Shown: in pieces, positions 18,440 through 27,432 of the stretch | Layout of the letters: each line of letters opens with the position of its first letter | How positions within the stretch are numbered: the first letter of the stretch is position 1 | Source of the DNA: Deferribacterales bacterium | GTDB lineage: Bacteria; Chrysiogenota; Deferribacteres; Deferribacterales; Geovibrionaceae | Assembly: GCA_050251945.1 (NCBI GenBank) | Contig: JBFWLW010000001.1 | Span: 96,001 to 160,000, forward strand | Reading direction: 5' to 3' | DNA length: 64,000 bases | The notes under the pieces: model-generated | Database searches by the model: none | What the model was told of the DNA's origin: nothing | The model's input: the letters and a program-made list of their open reading frames with translations, nothing else | Program-made: the position numbers and the translations under genes

Positions 18440-20080
18440 TTAACACGAATACTGAATGTTAAGTCTGTCAGCCACGGCTCTGTCAACCGAGATGAGGCAG
18501 TCGGAGCGTCCGACAGGGAGCGAGCTGTTGCCGATAGGCGCAAGCATCTTTTTAAGCTCGTTGTCTGTGGCTATGAAGTAGTTGACTATCTGTTCAGCCG
18601 TCTTGTCTATGTCGAGACGTTTGACCAGAGTGGGGTTCTGCGTGCAGATACCGACAGGGCAGAGACCTGTGTTGCAGGCGTTGCATTTGCCGTGGTCGTT
18701 GCCCACGCATCCGGCTATCTGGAGCATAAGTTTGCCTGTGAAGACGCCGTTTGCGCCGAGCGCTATCATTTTGAACGCGTCAGCGGCAAGGTTCCAGTTG
18801 GCACCAAGTCCGCCTGCCGCCCAAAGGGGTATCTGCCCCTGCTTGCCCTGATGCACGGCGGCGTTGTAGCAGTCGCGCAGTTTGGACACGATGGGGTGAC
18901 CTGTGTGGTCGAGAGATATTTCATTTGCCGCGCCGGTTCCGCCTGCAAGGCCGTCAACGAAGAAACCGCCGACGATGTTGTAGGGGTCGCGGAGCAGGTT
19001 GTTGTAAACTGATACAGAGGTGGCGCTTGCGGCAACCTTGATAGCCACGGGAACCTGAAACTTGAACGCTGAGTTCAGAGACAGGAACATTTTCTGAACG
19101 CTCTCCTCAATAGAGTACAGACCCTGATGGTTGGGAGGGCTGAGCAGGTCGGCTTTCGGAACACCTCTGATCTCGGAGATGTGCGAAGCGACTTTTTTCG
19201 CCTGCAGAAGTCCGCCGTCGCCGGGTTTTGCACCCTGACCTATTTTTATAAGTATGCCGCCGGGAAGTTCCTGCATCATGGGCATGGAGTTGATGATACG
19301 GTTCCAGCCGAAGTGACCGGAAGCTATCTGAAGTATCACATATTTAAGGTATCTGGATTTCAGCAGTCTTATCGGGACACCGCCTTCGCCGGAGCACATA
19401 CGGACAGGAAGTCCTACATGTTCGTTGAGGTAGGCAACGGCAATCGCCATCGCTTCCCACATACGCCATGAAAGAGCGCCGATTGACATGTCGCCCACGA
19501 TGATGGGGTAAATCCAGTTTACTTTAGGCGTTGCGCTGTTCATTACCAGTTTGCCGTCGACAACATCGAAAGGCATCTCGTTTGCGGGCAGTATGCGCCC
19601 GAAGGGAGCCAGCATGTCGAAGGTGTGTCTGGATGCGTCCAGCGAGGGATCGGTCATCTGAGAAATACGTCCGACCTTTATTTTGTCCAGAGTACGTTTT
19701 TCGGTTGCGAGGTTTGCACGTCCGCCCCTTTTATAAGGGTCGGCAAGTGTTGCGCGGTATTTTACGCCGAATCTGGAATCTTCGTTGCGGACAGGTTTGA
19801 TAGCCTCGTTGGGGCAGACCCTTTCGCAGATACCGCATCCGCGGCAGAAGTTATATTCGCTGACAACCTGCCTGATAACGGGTACTGTTTTAAACTGAAC
19901 CTTGGGTTCGGGTGTAAAATGGTCGCTTATAACCTTTCTGCGTTTTTCAACGCCGGCTTCGATAGCCCTGAAAGGGCAGGCAGCAACGCATTTTCCGCAG
20001 AACGTGCATCTGTCGGTGTTATATTGTAATTGCCAGTCCAGATCGTCTCTGGAGATTTGATTTACTTTCATTGTTGCCAT
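18440..20080 (-). CDS. Glutamate synthase FMN-binding subunit with N-terminal 2[4Fe-4S] ferredoxin
   Basis: MSIGAL, SGEGG, QIASGHFG, KIGQGAKPGDGG, C..C.TG.CP.GI.TQ. Confidence 0.92.
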   Translation of the reverse strand: MATMKVNQISRDDLDWQLQYNTDRCTFCGKCVAACPFRAIEAGVEKRRKVISDHFTPEPKVQFKTVPVIRQVVSEYNFCRGCGICERVCPNEAIKPVRNEDSRFGVKYRATLADPYKRGGRANLATEKRTLDKIKVGRISQMTDPSLDASRHTFDMLAPFGRILPANEMPFDVVDGKLVMNSATPKVNWIYPIIVGDMSIGALSWRMWEAMAIAVAYLNEHVGLPVRMCSGEGGVPIRLLKSRYLKYVILQIASGHFGWNRIINSMPMMQELPGGILIKIGQGAKPGDGGLLQAKKVASHISEIRGVPKADLLSPPNHQGLYSIEESVQKMFLSLNSAFKFQVPVAIKVAASATSVSVYNNLLRDPYNIVGGFFVDGLAGGTGAANEISLDHTGHPIVSKLRDCYNAAVHQGKQGQIPLWAAGGLGANWNLAADAFKMIALGANGVFTGKLMLQIAGCVGNDHGKCNACNTGLCPVGICTQNPTLVKRLDIDKTAEQIVNYFIATDNELKKMLAPIGNSSLPVGRSDCLISVDRAVADRLNIQYSC

Positions 20081-21174
20081 CTTTCCACCTCCAGATTGTT
20101 GTTGACAACAACCATCTCCCTTTCGTGAGTGTAGATGTCCTGTGTCCAGTCGCGTTCGGGCAGTATCTCGTTCAGACCTGTCACCTCGGATGAGATGACC
20201 ACCGTGTCTGCCGTGTGTCCGATAACAACGGGGCGGAGTTTTTTCGCATCGCAGGTGTTGAACATTGTTCCGTCGGGAAGCACAGCGATGATGGTGTTGG
20301 GTCCGTTAAGCTCAAGGTTGCCCAGAACCGCACGGATGTTTTGCAGTATAGCGTGGTCTTCACGTTTTTCAGCATCATCATACGCAAGGGGCGTAATGGT
20401 GTGTTTGTAATACTGCAGCGGCCATTTCAGTATCTTGTGGATGTAGTGCAGTGTGTAAAGGAAACACTGCGAATCCGACTCGAAACCTATGTAGCCTTTA
20501 TAGAGGTTTTTCTGGAAGTTTTTGTTTTTCTCATAAAAAGTGTTCTCACCGTTTGCAAGCGCTGTGTAACCCTCCAGAAAAAACGGGTGTGCGGCATAAC
20601 GCACTATGTCATAGTTTGTATTCTGACGGCACTGCGCGGTGATTATTTTCGCCGTGAAATCCTCGTCGGGCTGCCACAGATTGAAATACGTCCCGATGTC
20701 CGTGGGGTCGCCGATTTCTTTAAGTGTGAGAACGTCCGGCCAGAAAGAATAGACGTATCCGTCTTTCGTTTCTTCCAGAGCTTCCCTTATCTGCAGGCGG
20801 ATGTCCACGAGAAGTTCTTCCTTCTCGCGCGCCGGTGCGTACTTATAGCTTTTGGGATAGTGAAGAACCTGAAAGACATAATTAGGCATCGGTTCGATCT
20901 TTAATCCCGCCTGTTCGTTGATCTCCGGACTCCACTGCATTACACGGCTGAAACCTGCCTCATGCAGGATATCTTCCGCTATTTTGACTCCCTCGTCAGT
21001 GCATGCCATGGAAAGAATGGGCAGTTCCTTGTAGTTGGCAAACCTGCCTCCGAGGTCCTGCATAACCATGGCGAAGCCTGAATTGTCATGCCCTTTTTGC
21101 TGTGATCTCATAAGATGAAGGGCTTTTGAGGGGTGTATGTAGTTTTTGGATTTAATTGCTCCTATTCTGCACAT
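20068..21174 (-). CDS. Glutamate synthase class II glutamine amidotransferase subunit
   Basis: N-terminal MC nucleophile, RQNTN, AHPF, NGE, SDS, GP, LRP. Confidence 0.9.
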   Translation of the reverse strand: MCRIGAIKSKNYIHPSKALHLMRSQQKGHDNSGFAMVMQDLGGRFANYKELPILSMACTDEGVKIAEDILHEAGFSRVMQWSPEINEQAGLKIEPMPNYVFQVLHYPKSYKYAPAREKEELLVDIRLQIREALEETKDGYVYSFWPDVLTLKEIGDPTDIGTYFNLWQPDEDFTAKIITAQCRQNTNYDIVRYAAHPFFLEGYTALANGENTFYEKNKNFQKNLYKGYIGFESDSQCFLYTLHYIHKILKWPLQYYKHTITPLAYDDAEKREDHAILQNIRAVLGNLELNGPNTIIAVLPDGTMFNTCDAKKLRPVVIGHTADTVVISSEVTGLNEILPERDWTQDIYTHEREMVVVNNNLEVERWQQ

Positions 21175-21466
21175 ACTTTACCTCCTTTATAACCTTATAA
21201 AATGAATAAAAAGAAAAGTCAATAATTCTATAATTAGGAATAGTCTGTAACAAGGCTAACAAAATAAGGTATAATGCAAAGCATGAGTATATGTTTGATT
21301 TCTGGTCTGCTGAATTGTTCATACATAAAGGTTTTTTTAAGACAGACTGAACTTAGTTTAAAAGGCGTAAATTTCAAATTAGTTGGTTCTGATATAAATT
21401 TTTTTAATTTTGACTTTCAGATTTCCAATATACAAGCTAAAATAGTTCACACGCAAAGAGGGATTT

Positions 21467-22234
21467 ATGGAGAAAAAGAAGCCCGGGTTTTCTCTTAAGG
21501 TCAATCAGGAGATAACTAATCTTTTCAAAAACTACGGAAAACTGAAAAAGTTTGTCGCTGATGAATGTGTTATACGTCAGGGAGAGTACGCAACCCATGT
21601 TTACATACTCTTAAGCGGCGAGGCGGAGGTTGTCCGTATCGACAGATTCGGCAACGAAAACAGGATTGCAGTGCTTGGCGGCGGGGAGATTGTCGGCGAA
21701 ATGGGCGCATTTCTTGAAAATAATCAGCGTTCCGCCACTGTTAAGGCAAAAACTCCTGTTCTGCTCGCTTTGGAATGTCCCAATCAGATGTTTATACGCG
21801 GGCTGTTCAATACGCACGAGCTGACATACCGCGTCATAAAAAATTATGCTGAACGGCTTAACGACCTTAATATCTTATCTGCGAATCATTTTCAGTCACG
21901 GGTTATGCTGGTTGTCGGTCACAGTATCGAGCAGAAGACAGACATGAACAGCAGTGTATGCGAAGTTGAACTCAACCTGAAAGAACTTTTCGCGCGCTCG
22001 GGGCTTGAAACGTGGAAGATAACTGATGCTCTGTACAATTTCAAGACGCTGAACGTTTTTAAAAAGCTTGTTTTTCCTGCCGAGGTGAACATAGTTGAGG
22101 TTGACCCGGAGGACTCTTTAAGGGACAATGTCAGAAAGGCCGTTGATGTTAAACAGGCGGAACCGGCAAGGGTCATAATAGAGGTGGACACGGCGCGTTT
22201 TAAAGAGCAGATGAAAAGACTTTCCTATTGCTAA
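21467..22234 (+). CDS. Crp/Fnr-like cyclic nucleotide-binding protein
   Basis: IRQGE, ILLSG, GEMG, RSATVKA cNMP-binding motifs; divergent C-terminal possible HTH. Confidence 0.8.
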   Translation: MEKKKPGFSLKVNQEITNLFKNYGKLKKFVADECVIRQGEYATHVYILLSGEAEVVRIDRFGNENRIAVLGGGEIVGEMGAFLENNQRSATVKAKTPVLLALECPNQMFIRGLFNTHELTYRVIKNYAERLNDLNILSANHFQSRVMLVVGHSIEQKTDMNSSVCEVELNLKELFARSGLETWKITDALYNFKTLNVFKKLVFPAEVNIVEVDPEDSLRDNVRKAVDVKQAEPARVIIEVDTARFKEQMKRLSYC

Positions 22235-22243
22235 AAACAAGTT

Positions 22244-22323
22244 GTCTTTGCGAGGGCTTCAGCCCGAAGCAATCTGATCCGCTCAGACTGCCGCGTAAGC
22301 CTTAAGGCTTCCTCGCAGAGACG
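22244..22323. repeat. CGTC-type REP palindrome pair (opposite arrangement)
   Basis: GTCTTTGCGAGGGCTTCAGCCCGAAGCAATCTG ... CAGACTGCCGCG...CTCGCAGAGACG. Confidence 0.85.
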
Positions 22324-22408
22324 TAAACTTATGTTTCTCATTACTTATTGACAAAAATCCGCCTGTAATTTACCGTTGCTTTCCCAAAGAGCTTTTTTCA
22401 GAGGAATA

Positions 22409-22600
22409 ATGGTCAAAGTTGAATTTCCCGACGGCACCGTCCGTGAATCGGGAAAGAACAGAATTAAAGATATACTCCGTGATGTCGGTCAGAACGAAAA
22501 TGCGGTTCTGGTGGTGGTGGACGGCTGTCTTGTCACGCCAGACCTGTGCGTGAAAAACGACACCGAGATAAAACTTATATCCGTGGTGAGCGGCGGCTGA
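22409..22600 (+). CDS. ttuB: ThiS/MoaD-family sulfur carrier (TtuB-like)
   Basis: 63 aa, ubiquitin-like length, C-terminal VVSGG; TGATG coupling to the ttuA-like gene. Confidence 0.8.
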   Translation: MVKVEFPDGTVRESGKNRIKDILRDVGQNENAVLVVVDGCLVTPDLCVKNDTEIKLISVVSGG

Positions 22601-23505
22601 TGAAATGCATCAAATGCGAAGAGAACGCCGTCATAAGCCTCAGCAGGCACAACGCGGGATTCTGTAAAGAGCATTTTACCGAATATTTCCACAGGCAGGT
22701 GGAAGCCGCAATAAAAGAATACTCCATGCTGAAAACGTCCGACCGCGTTATGGTGTGCGTCTCAGGCGGCAAAGACAGTCTTGTTCTCTGGCATATCCTT
22801 AACCTTATGGGATATAAGACCGCCGGGATGTACGTCAGCCTCGGCATAGGCGAATATTCGCAGAAATCCAAAGCAAAGGTGCTTGCCTTTGCCGAAAAGA
22901 ATAAACTTGAATCAATTCTCATAGACCTCGATGAAGAAAAATGCCCTATACCGCTTCTGGCGGCGAAGACAAAACGAAACGCATGTTCCGTTTGCGGGCA
23001 GGTGAAGAGGCATTACTTTAACAAGGCGGCTCTGGACGGCGGCTTCACAGTTGCGGCGACAGGGCATAACCTTGACGACGAGGCAGCGCGGATGCTCGGC
23101 AACGTTCTGCGCTGGGACACGAAACACCTCGCGAAGATGAGTCCTATATTGCCGGAAGAGGGCGAAACCATAAAAAGAAAGGTAAAACCGCTCATCCGCC
23201 TTACGGAAAAAGAGGTGGCGGCTTACGCATTTCTTAACGGCATAGACTATATCCCTGACGAATGTCCCAAAAGCCGCGGTGCATCATCGCTGAAATTTAA
23301 AGAAGTTCTTAACGAGCTGGAAGCTGCCGCTCCCGGAACGAAGCATTTCTTTTACGGTGAGTTTTTCAGATCGGCGGCGGACAGATTTCCATATATAACT
23401 AACGAATCAGATAAAGATGAAATTAAAAAATGTTTAAAATGCGGGGCGGAATCGTACCTTGATGTATGTTCCTTTTGCAGATTAACGGAGAAACTTAATG
23501 GCTAA
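22600..23505 (+). CDS. ttuA: TtuA/Ncs6-type tRNA 2-thiolation protein
   Basis: N-terminal CxxC..CxxH Zn finger, SGGKDS PP-loop, CSVC, GHNLDD, ECP, C-terminal CxxC..CxxC. Confidence 0.85.
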   Translation: MKCIKCEENAVISLSRHNAGFCKEHFTEYFHRQVEAAIKEYSMLKTSDRVMVCVSGGKDSLVLWHILNLMGYKTAGMYVSLGIGEYSQKSKAKVLAFAEKNKLESILIDLDEEKCPIPLLAAKTKRNACSVCGQVKRHYFNKAALDGGFTVAATGHNLDDEAARMLGNVLRWDTKHLAKMSPILPEEGETIKRKVKPLIRLTEKEVAAYAFLNGIDYIPDECPKSRGASSLKFKEVLNELEAAAPGTKHFFYGEFFRSAADRFPYITNESDKDEIKKCLKCGAESYLDVCSFCRLTEKLNG

Positions 23506-24358
23506 ACTTGAATACGGTTCACTGGCATTTGTTATTGATGAAGTGAGAGGAAAACGTCACCTTCTGAGAATGAAAGAAGGTGTGCGGTTCAGTACCCAGT
23601 TTGGCTTTATTGACCATGAAGACATCATCGCCGCCGGCGACGGCGGAGTTGCATACACTCAGAAGGGCGTAGCATACCGCGTGTTTTACCCTACATACAG
23701 CGATTATGTCATGAACATAAAACGCCGCGCGCAGATAATTTACCCCAAAGACAGCGCCGCCATAATTATGTCAGGCGACATTCACGGAGACCAGCGTGTT
23801 CTGGAATCCGGAGTCGGTCAGGGTGCAATGTCAATCGCGCTTCTCCATGCGCTTGGCGGCAAAGGACAGCTTACAAGTTATGAAATACGCGAGGATTTTG
23901 CCATGGATGCTGCAAAGTTCATCGGAGAATATTACGGCGACGCTCCTAACCACTCTATAGAGATAAGAAGCGTTTACGAAGGTATAGACGGCGAATTCGA
24001 CAGAATAGTACTTGACCTGCCGGAACCCTGGCATGTGGTTAAACACTGTGACACGGGGCTTGTCAACGGCGGGCTTATCGTATGCTATCTGCCCACAATC
24101 ATTCAGGCTGTAACACTGGTTGAGCATCTTAAAGCCAGCGGATATTTTGAGGAGATAGAGACGTTTGAGATAACCAAACGCCCGTGGAAGATAGACGGAC
24201 GCTCGGTACGCCCGGAGATGTGGACATACAACCACAGCGCATTTCTTATCAAGGCGCGCAAAGTGGTTCCCATGCCCGTCCGCGAGATTAAAAGAGAGGA
24301 TGTCAGTGACAAAAATACAGAGCCTTCAGAACCTACGGAGTATACTGACCCGAACTGA
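23498..24358 (+). CDS. trmI: tRNA (adenine57/58-N1)-methyltransferase
   Basis: QIIYPKD, ESGVGQGAMS, YEIREDF, LDLPEPW, VRP...H motifs. Confidence 0.92.
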   Translation: MAKLEYGSLAFVIDEVRGKRHLLRMKEGVRFSTQFGFIDHEDIIAAGDGGVAYTQKGVAYRVFYPTYSDYVMNIKRRAQIIYPKDSAAIIMSGDIHGDQRVLESGVGQGAMSIALLHALGGKGQLTSYEIREDFAMDAAKFIGEYYGDAPNHSIEIRSVYEGIDGEFDRIVLDLPEPWHVVKHCDTGLVNGGLIVCYLPTIIQAVTLVEHLKASGYFEEIETFEITKRPWKIDGRSVRPEMWTYNHSAFLIKARKVVPMPVREIKREDVSDKNTEPSEPTEYTDPN

Positions 24359-26351
24359 GGAAGAAATCTGTGGAATCGTAATATAACTGACTGCTGCTGC
24401 TGTAATAATTGCTGGTAGTGAATCCGTATCTGAAATAGTCCAGAGTACCGGCATAGGTCGTATTGTCCGGGAAACAATCTTTTAACAGAGGGTCTCCCGT
24501 GGGGTATGCGGTACCGTTTATCAGTTTATCGTATACATAATGGGCTGTCTGATTTGTCATAGCCGCTTTCAGTGTGCTGTCGCTGTTCAGTTCCGTTATG
24601 TTGTATTTCCATACATAAACACAGGTGTAATTACTGCTTCCTGACAGCCCTGTGCATGCTGTGCCGCTGCTGTTGCACCCGCCTATGGCTTCCAGCCTGA
24701 CCCCCATTTTCTCTCCGCTGCTATAGCTGTTCTCAATCGGAGCGTCCGAATTGTTATAATAGCATCCGAATCCTTTCACACCGGAATTAATACCGTTTGA
24801 ACCGCATCTGTCATTGTAGGTCGTTGCGTATATCCTGCTTCCTGACAGTGTTTCGTGAACGTTGTCTCCGTATGCAGTGAAAGTGTCATTGTTGTTGAAG
24901 TTGCCCTTGTTGTCCCACGTTCCGTCATAGTTATTTATATTTGCATACGAAACTATTGCCATGTGATTGTTATTGATATCATTTTTACCGTCATTCTGGA
25001 GATCGAACTCAATGGCGAAGCTGTTTCCTGCCTTAATTCCTTTGTGGTCTCCGCCGCTCCCTCCATAACCGAGTCCTGAATCGCCGGAACCTGTCATTTT
25101 AACTGTAGACGTATAGGATGAACCTGCAACGTAGCTTTTTATAACTGTGAATGTGAACCCCAGTGCCTGCTGCCATGCGGAAGGATTTCTGTAGTACTCC
25201 ACTGTGAAATATGAAGCGATAAGCCCTTTGTTGCCGAACTTGGGACAGGCAGAGGCGGATGCCGGATTAGCGCTGCAATTGTACAGTATGCTTATAACCC
25301 GCGTGTTGGAATTCTGAACCAGCTTTATCTGGTCAGAATTGACAATTGCCGTGTTGGAGTCTGCAACACCGCCGCTTGTTGTGTCGTTTGCAACGAAGTT
25401 GCTGCCGCCTGTTGAAACGATGTCGACATAATTGTTGCCGCCACTGCTGCTTTCAGGTGCCGCCATGGCAACCTCAAATTCCCTGAGTATACGCAGGTTA
25501 TAATTTTTTGTGACGGTTATGCCGTTTGCGTCTTCAAGCCTCACTTTTATAAGAGCCGAACCGCTGTCTGATTCAGCTATTGAAAGAGGGGTTGTGCCGG
25601 AATGAATAGTTATCGTTTTGTTGGTGATTCCGTTGCCGGATGTGCAGTCGCCAACGTCTTTTATTTCGTGTGATTTATCGCTGCTGTCGGTTCCGAAGAA
25701 CATCTGGTCTTTAACAGTAGCCGTGTTGTCCGATTCAACACACCATTTATACGGCGCCACGCCGCCTTCAGACGTTAGTTTGAATTCATAGCTGTTTGAC
25801 ACCACGGCATCGGGAAGTTTGTTCTGTCCGATACCAAGCGAACCTTCGCAACCTGCCATAGCTTTCAGCGTATCCAGATTCATCCATCCGACGATGTCGT
25901 CAAATTTCCCTTTGCTGACCGTTTCACCGTCCTCGTAAAATGTGTATGCTTTACCCGAATTGGCGTATTGCTGTTGTCCGTCTTCGCCTTGGCTGATTAT
26001 TATGAATGCTATATTGTTTTCTGTTATATCCGGAGCGCTGACGCTCATATCTGTGGATTCTATGGAGCATATGTCCTCTTCGTCAAGTTTTGAGGCAAAA
26101 AAGTAATCAAGGTCGTTTCCGAAAGTGTCTTTTGTCTGTGAGGTCGCCAGAGAAAGAGATGCGGGTAATTTTCTTGCTCTCACTGTATATGCGGCAACGT
26201 CCTTAACGGCTAATGCAATGAAGTTTTTTGTTGTTGTGAGCTTATTGCTGCTGAATGCCCCGTAAAGTATCCTCATGGCTCCTGCCGAGACAATTCCTAT
26301 AATGACAAGTACAATGGCGAGTTCAAGAAGTGTAAACCCTTTTTTGTTCAT
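24333..26351 (-). CDS. Large prepilin-type N-methylation protein with Ig-like and L-type lectin-like domains
   Basis: KKGFTLLELAIVL class III signal; LPDA..SY.F.L..EGG.APY.W Ig-like repeat; GFTF..GLGY..SFAIEFD..NHMAI lectin-like pattern. Confidence 0.8.
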   Translation of the reverse strand: MNKKGFTLLELAIVLVIIGIVSAGAMRILYGAFSSNKLTTTKNFIALAVKDVAAYTVRARKLPASLSLATSQTKDTFGNDLDYFFASKLDEEDICSIESTDMSVSAPDITENNIAFIIISQGEDGQQQYANSGKAYTFYEDGETVSKGKFDDIVGWMNLDTLKAMAGCEGSLGIGQNKLPDAVVSNSYEFKLTSEGGVAPYKWCVESDNTATVKDQMFFGTDSSDKSHEIKDVGDCTSGNGITNKTITIHSGTTPLSIAESDSGSALIKVRLEDANGITVTKNYNLRILREFEVAMAAPESSSGGNNYVDIVSTGGSNFVANDTTSGGVADSNTAIVNSDQIKLVQNSNTRVISILYNCSANPASASACPKFGNKGLIASYFTVEYYRNPSAWQQALGFTFTVIKSYVAGSSYTSTVKMTGSGDSGLGYGGSGGDHKGIKAGNSFAIEFDLQNDGKNDINNNHMAIVSYANINNYDGTWDNKGNFNNNDTFTAYGDNVHETLSGSRIYATTYNDRCGSNGINSGVKGFGCYYNNSDAPIENSYSSGEKMGVRLEAIGGCNSSGTACTGLSGSSNYTCVYVWKYNITELNSDSTLKAAMTNQTAHYVYDKLINGTAYPTGDPLLKDCFPDNTTYAGTLDYFRYGFTTSNYYSSSSQLYYDSTDFFLSSGQYTP

Positions 26352-26435
26352 ATTGTGTTCCAAATACCTTATATTCTTTGAATTATACATCAAGTCGGGC
26401 TTTTTTTTAAAGGAAAAATATATTATAATTACGGC

Positions 26436-27431
26436 ATGGGTAGAAATATTAAAGGGTTTTCACTGATTGAGATGGCTATCGTTATGGTGATATTCGGACT
26501 TGTCCTCGCGTCTGCATCATCCATTCTGACGCTTTTTGTCAACCGCGGCGGGTCAGAAAAAACACGGCAGATGATAGCATCTGACAAAAGTGCGCTTATA
26601 AGTTTTGTCCAGAAAGATAAAAATTTACCTGAACAGGATGATTTCAGCACATCCGTTTCATACCCGCAGGACAGCTTTAATCATCAGTTTTTTTACTATG
26701 CCGACCCTATACTCGACAAGACAATGTCGGGCTGGAATCTCGGCGATTTAACCGATATTAATACCGTTTGCGGTTCAGGCTATACGAATACGGAAGTCTG
26801 GATCTGCAATAACGCAAATTGTGCGGATGCAGCAGACTATGTGAAAATCTCAAACATTGCGTTTGTCATAGCCAGCGGCGGCGAGAATAAGGTCATGCAG
26901 ACCACAGACAACAATGGAATTATCAAAGTTTACCCGCAGGGTACGGATGCCATAGTGTCCAGTTCAGATGCAAATCTGGCGATGAAGTACGATGACATAG
27001 TTGACTGGATGTCGCTGGATGAACTGCGCTCCAAGGTCGGCTGTGATGGAGAAAGCATCCGGTTTGTAACCCAGGCCATGCCTTATGCGCAGAAGGATAC
27101 TGCCTATTCCGTAAGACTGTATGTTGAGGGCGGGATACCATATGCGAACGGCTCAACTGCTGAATACGGATTTAAAATTGAAGACGACAACGACAACGCA
27201 CAGCTTATCACCGACGGGCTTCATTTCTATTTCAGTGCCAGCGATTCCGACGAGCTGAAAACCACCGCATCTACCTATGAAAAAGGGCAATTTGTAAGAA
27301 TTGCAGGAAATAGCTCGAATTTTTCTCAGCAAACATATAAAATAACTATAGAGGTGCAGGATAAAGCACAGAAAGCAAAATCTGAGGATACAAAATATTC
27401 CAGAACCTTTATACTGAACGCGGCAAACTGA
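26436..27431 (+). CDS. Prepilin-type N-methylation protein with Ig-like domain (paralogue of the divergent gene)
   Basis: KGFSLIEMAIVM; NIAFVIASGGEN, DDIVDWMSLDELRSKVGCDG, EGGIPY shared with 24333-26351. Confidence 0.82.
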   Translation: MGRNIKGFSLIEMAIVMVIFGLVLASASSILTLFVNRGGSEKTRQMIASDKSALISFVQKDKNLPEQDDFSTSVSYPQDSFNHQFFYYADPILDKTMSGWNLGDLTDINTVCGSGYTNTEVWICNNANCADAADYVKISNIAFVIASGGENKVMQTTDNNGIIKVYPQGTDAIVSSSDANLAMKYDDIVDWMSLDELRSKVGCDGESIRFVTQAMPYAQKDTAYSVRLYVEGGIPYANGSTAEYGFKIEDDNDNAQLITDGLHFYFSASDSDELKTTASTYEKGQFVRIAGNSSNFSQQTYKITIEVQDKAQKAKSEDTKYSRTFILNAAN

Positions 27432-27432
27432 T

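Noticed and set aside
18095..19012. Long antisense ORFs (also 45129-46061, 34666-35466, 40718-41383, 43092-43772, 48320-48964)
   Set aside because: They are shadows on the opposite strand of well-supported genes, with no motifs of their own.
26329..26464. 14-bp inverted repeat (AAAGGGTTT(A/T)CACT) flanking the prepilin spacer, plus a T8 tract at 26401-26408, as an invertible or phase-variable switch
   Set aside because: The repeat is explained by the shared KGF(T/S)L coding motif, both genes have their own start and -10 box, and no recombinase is nearby. Only read-level data could revive it.
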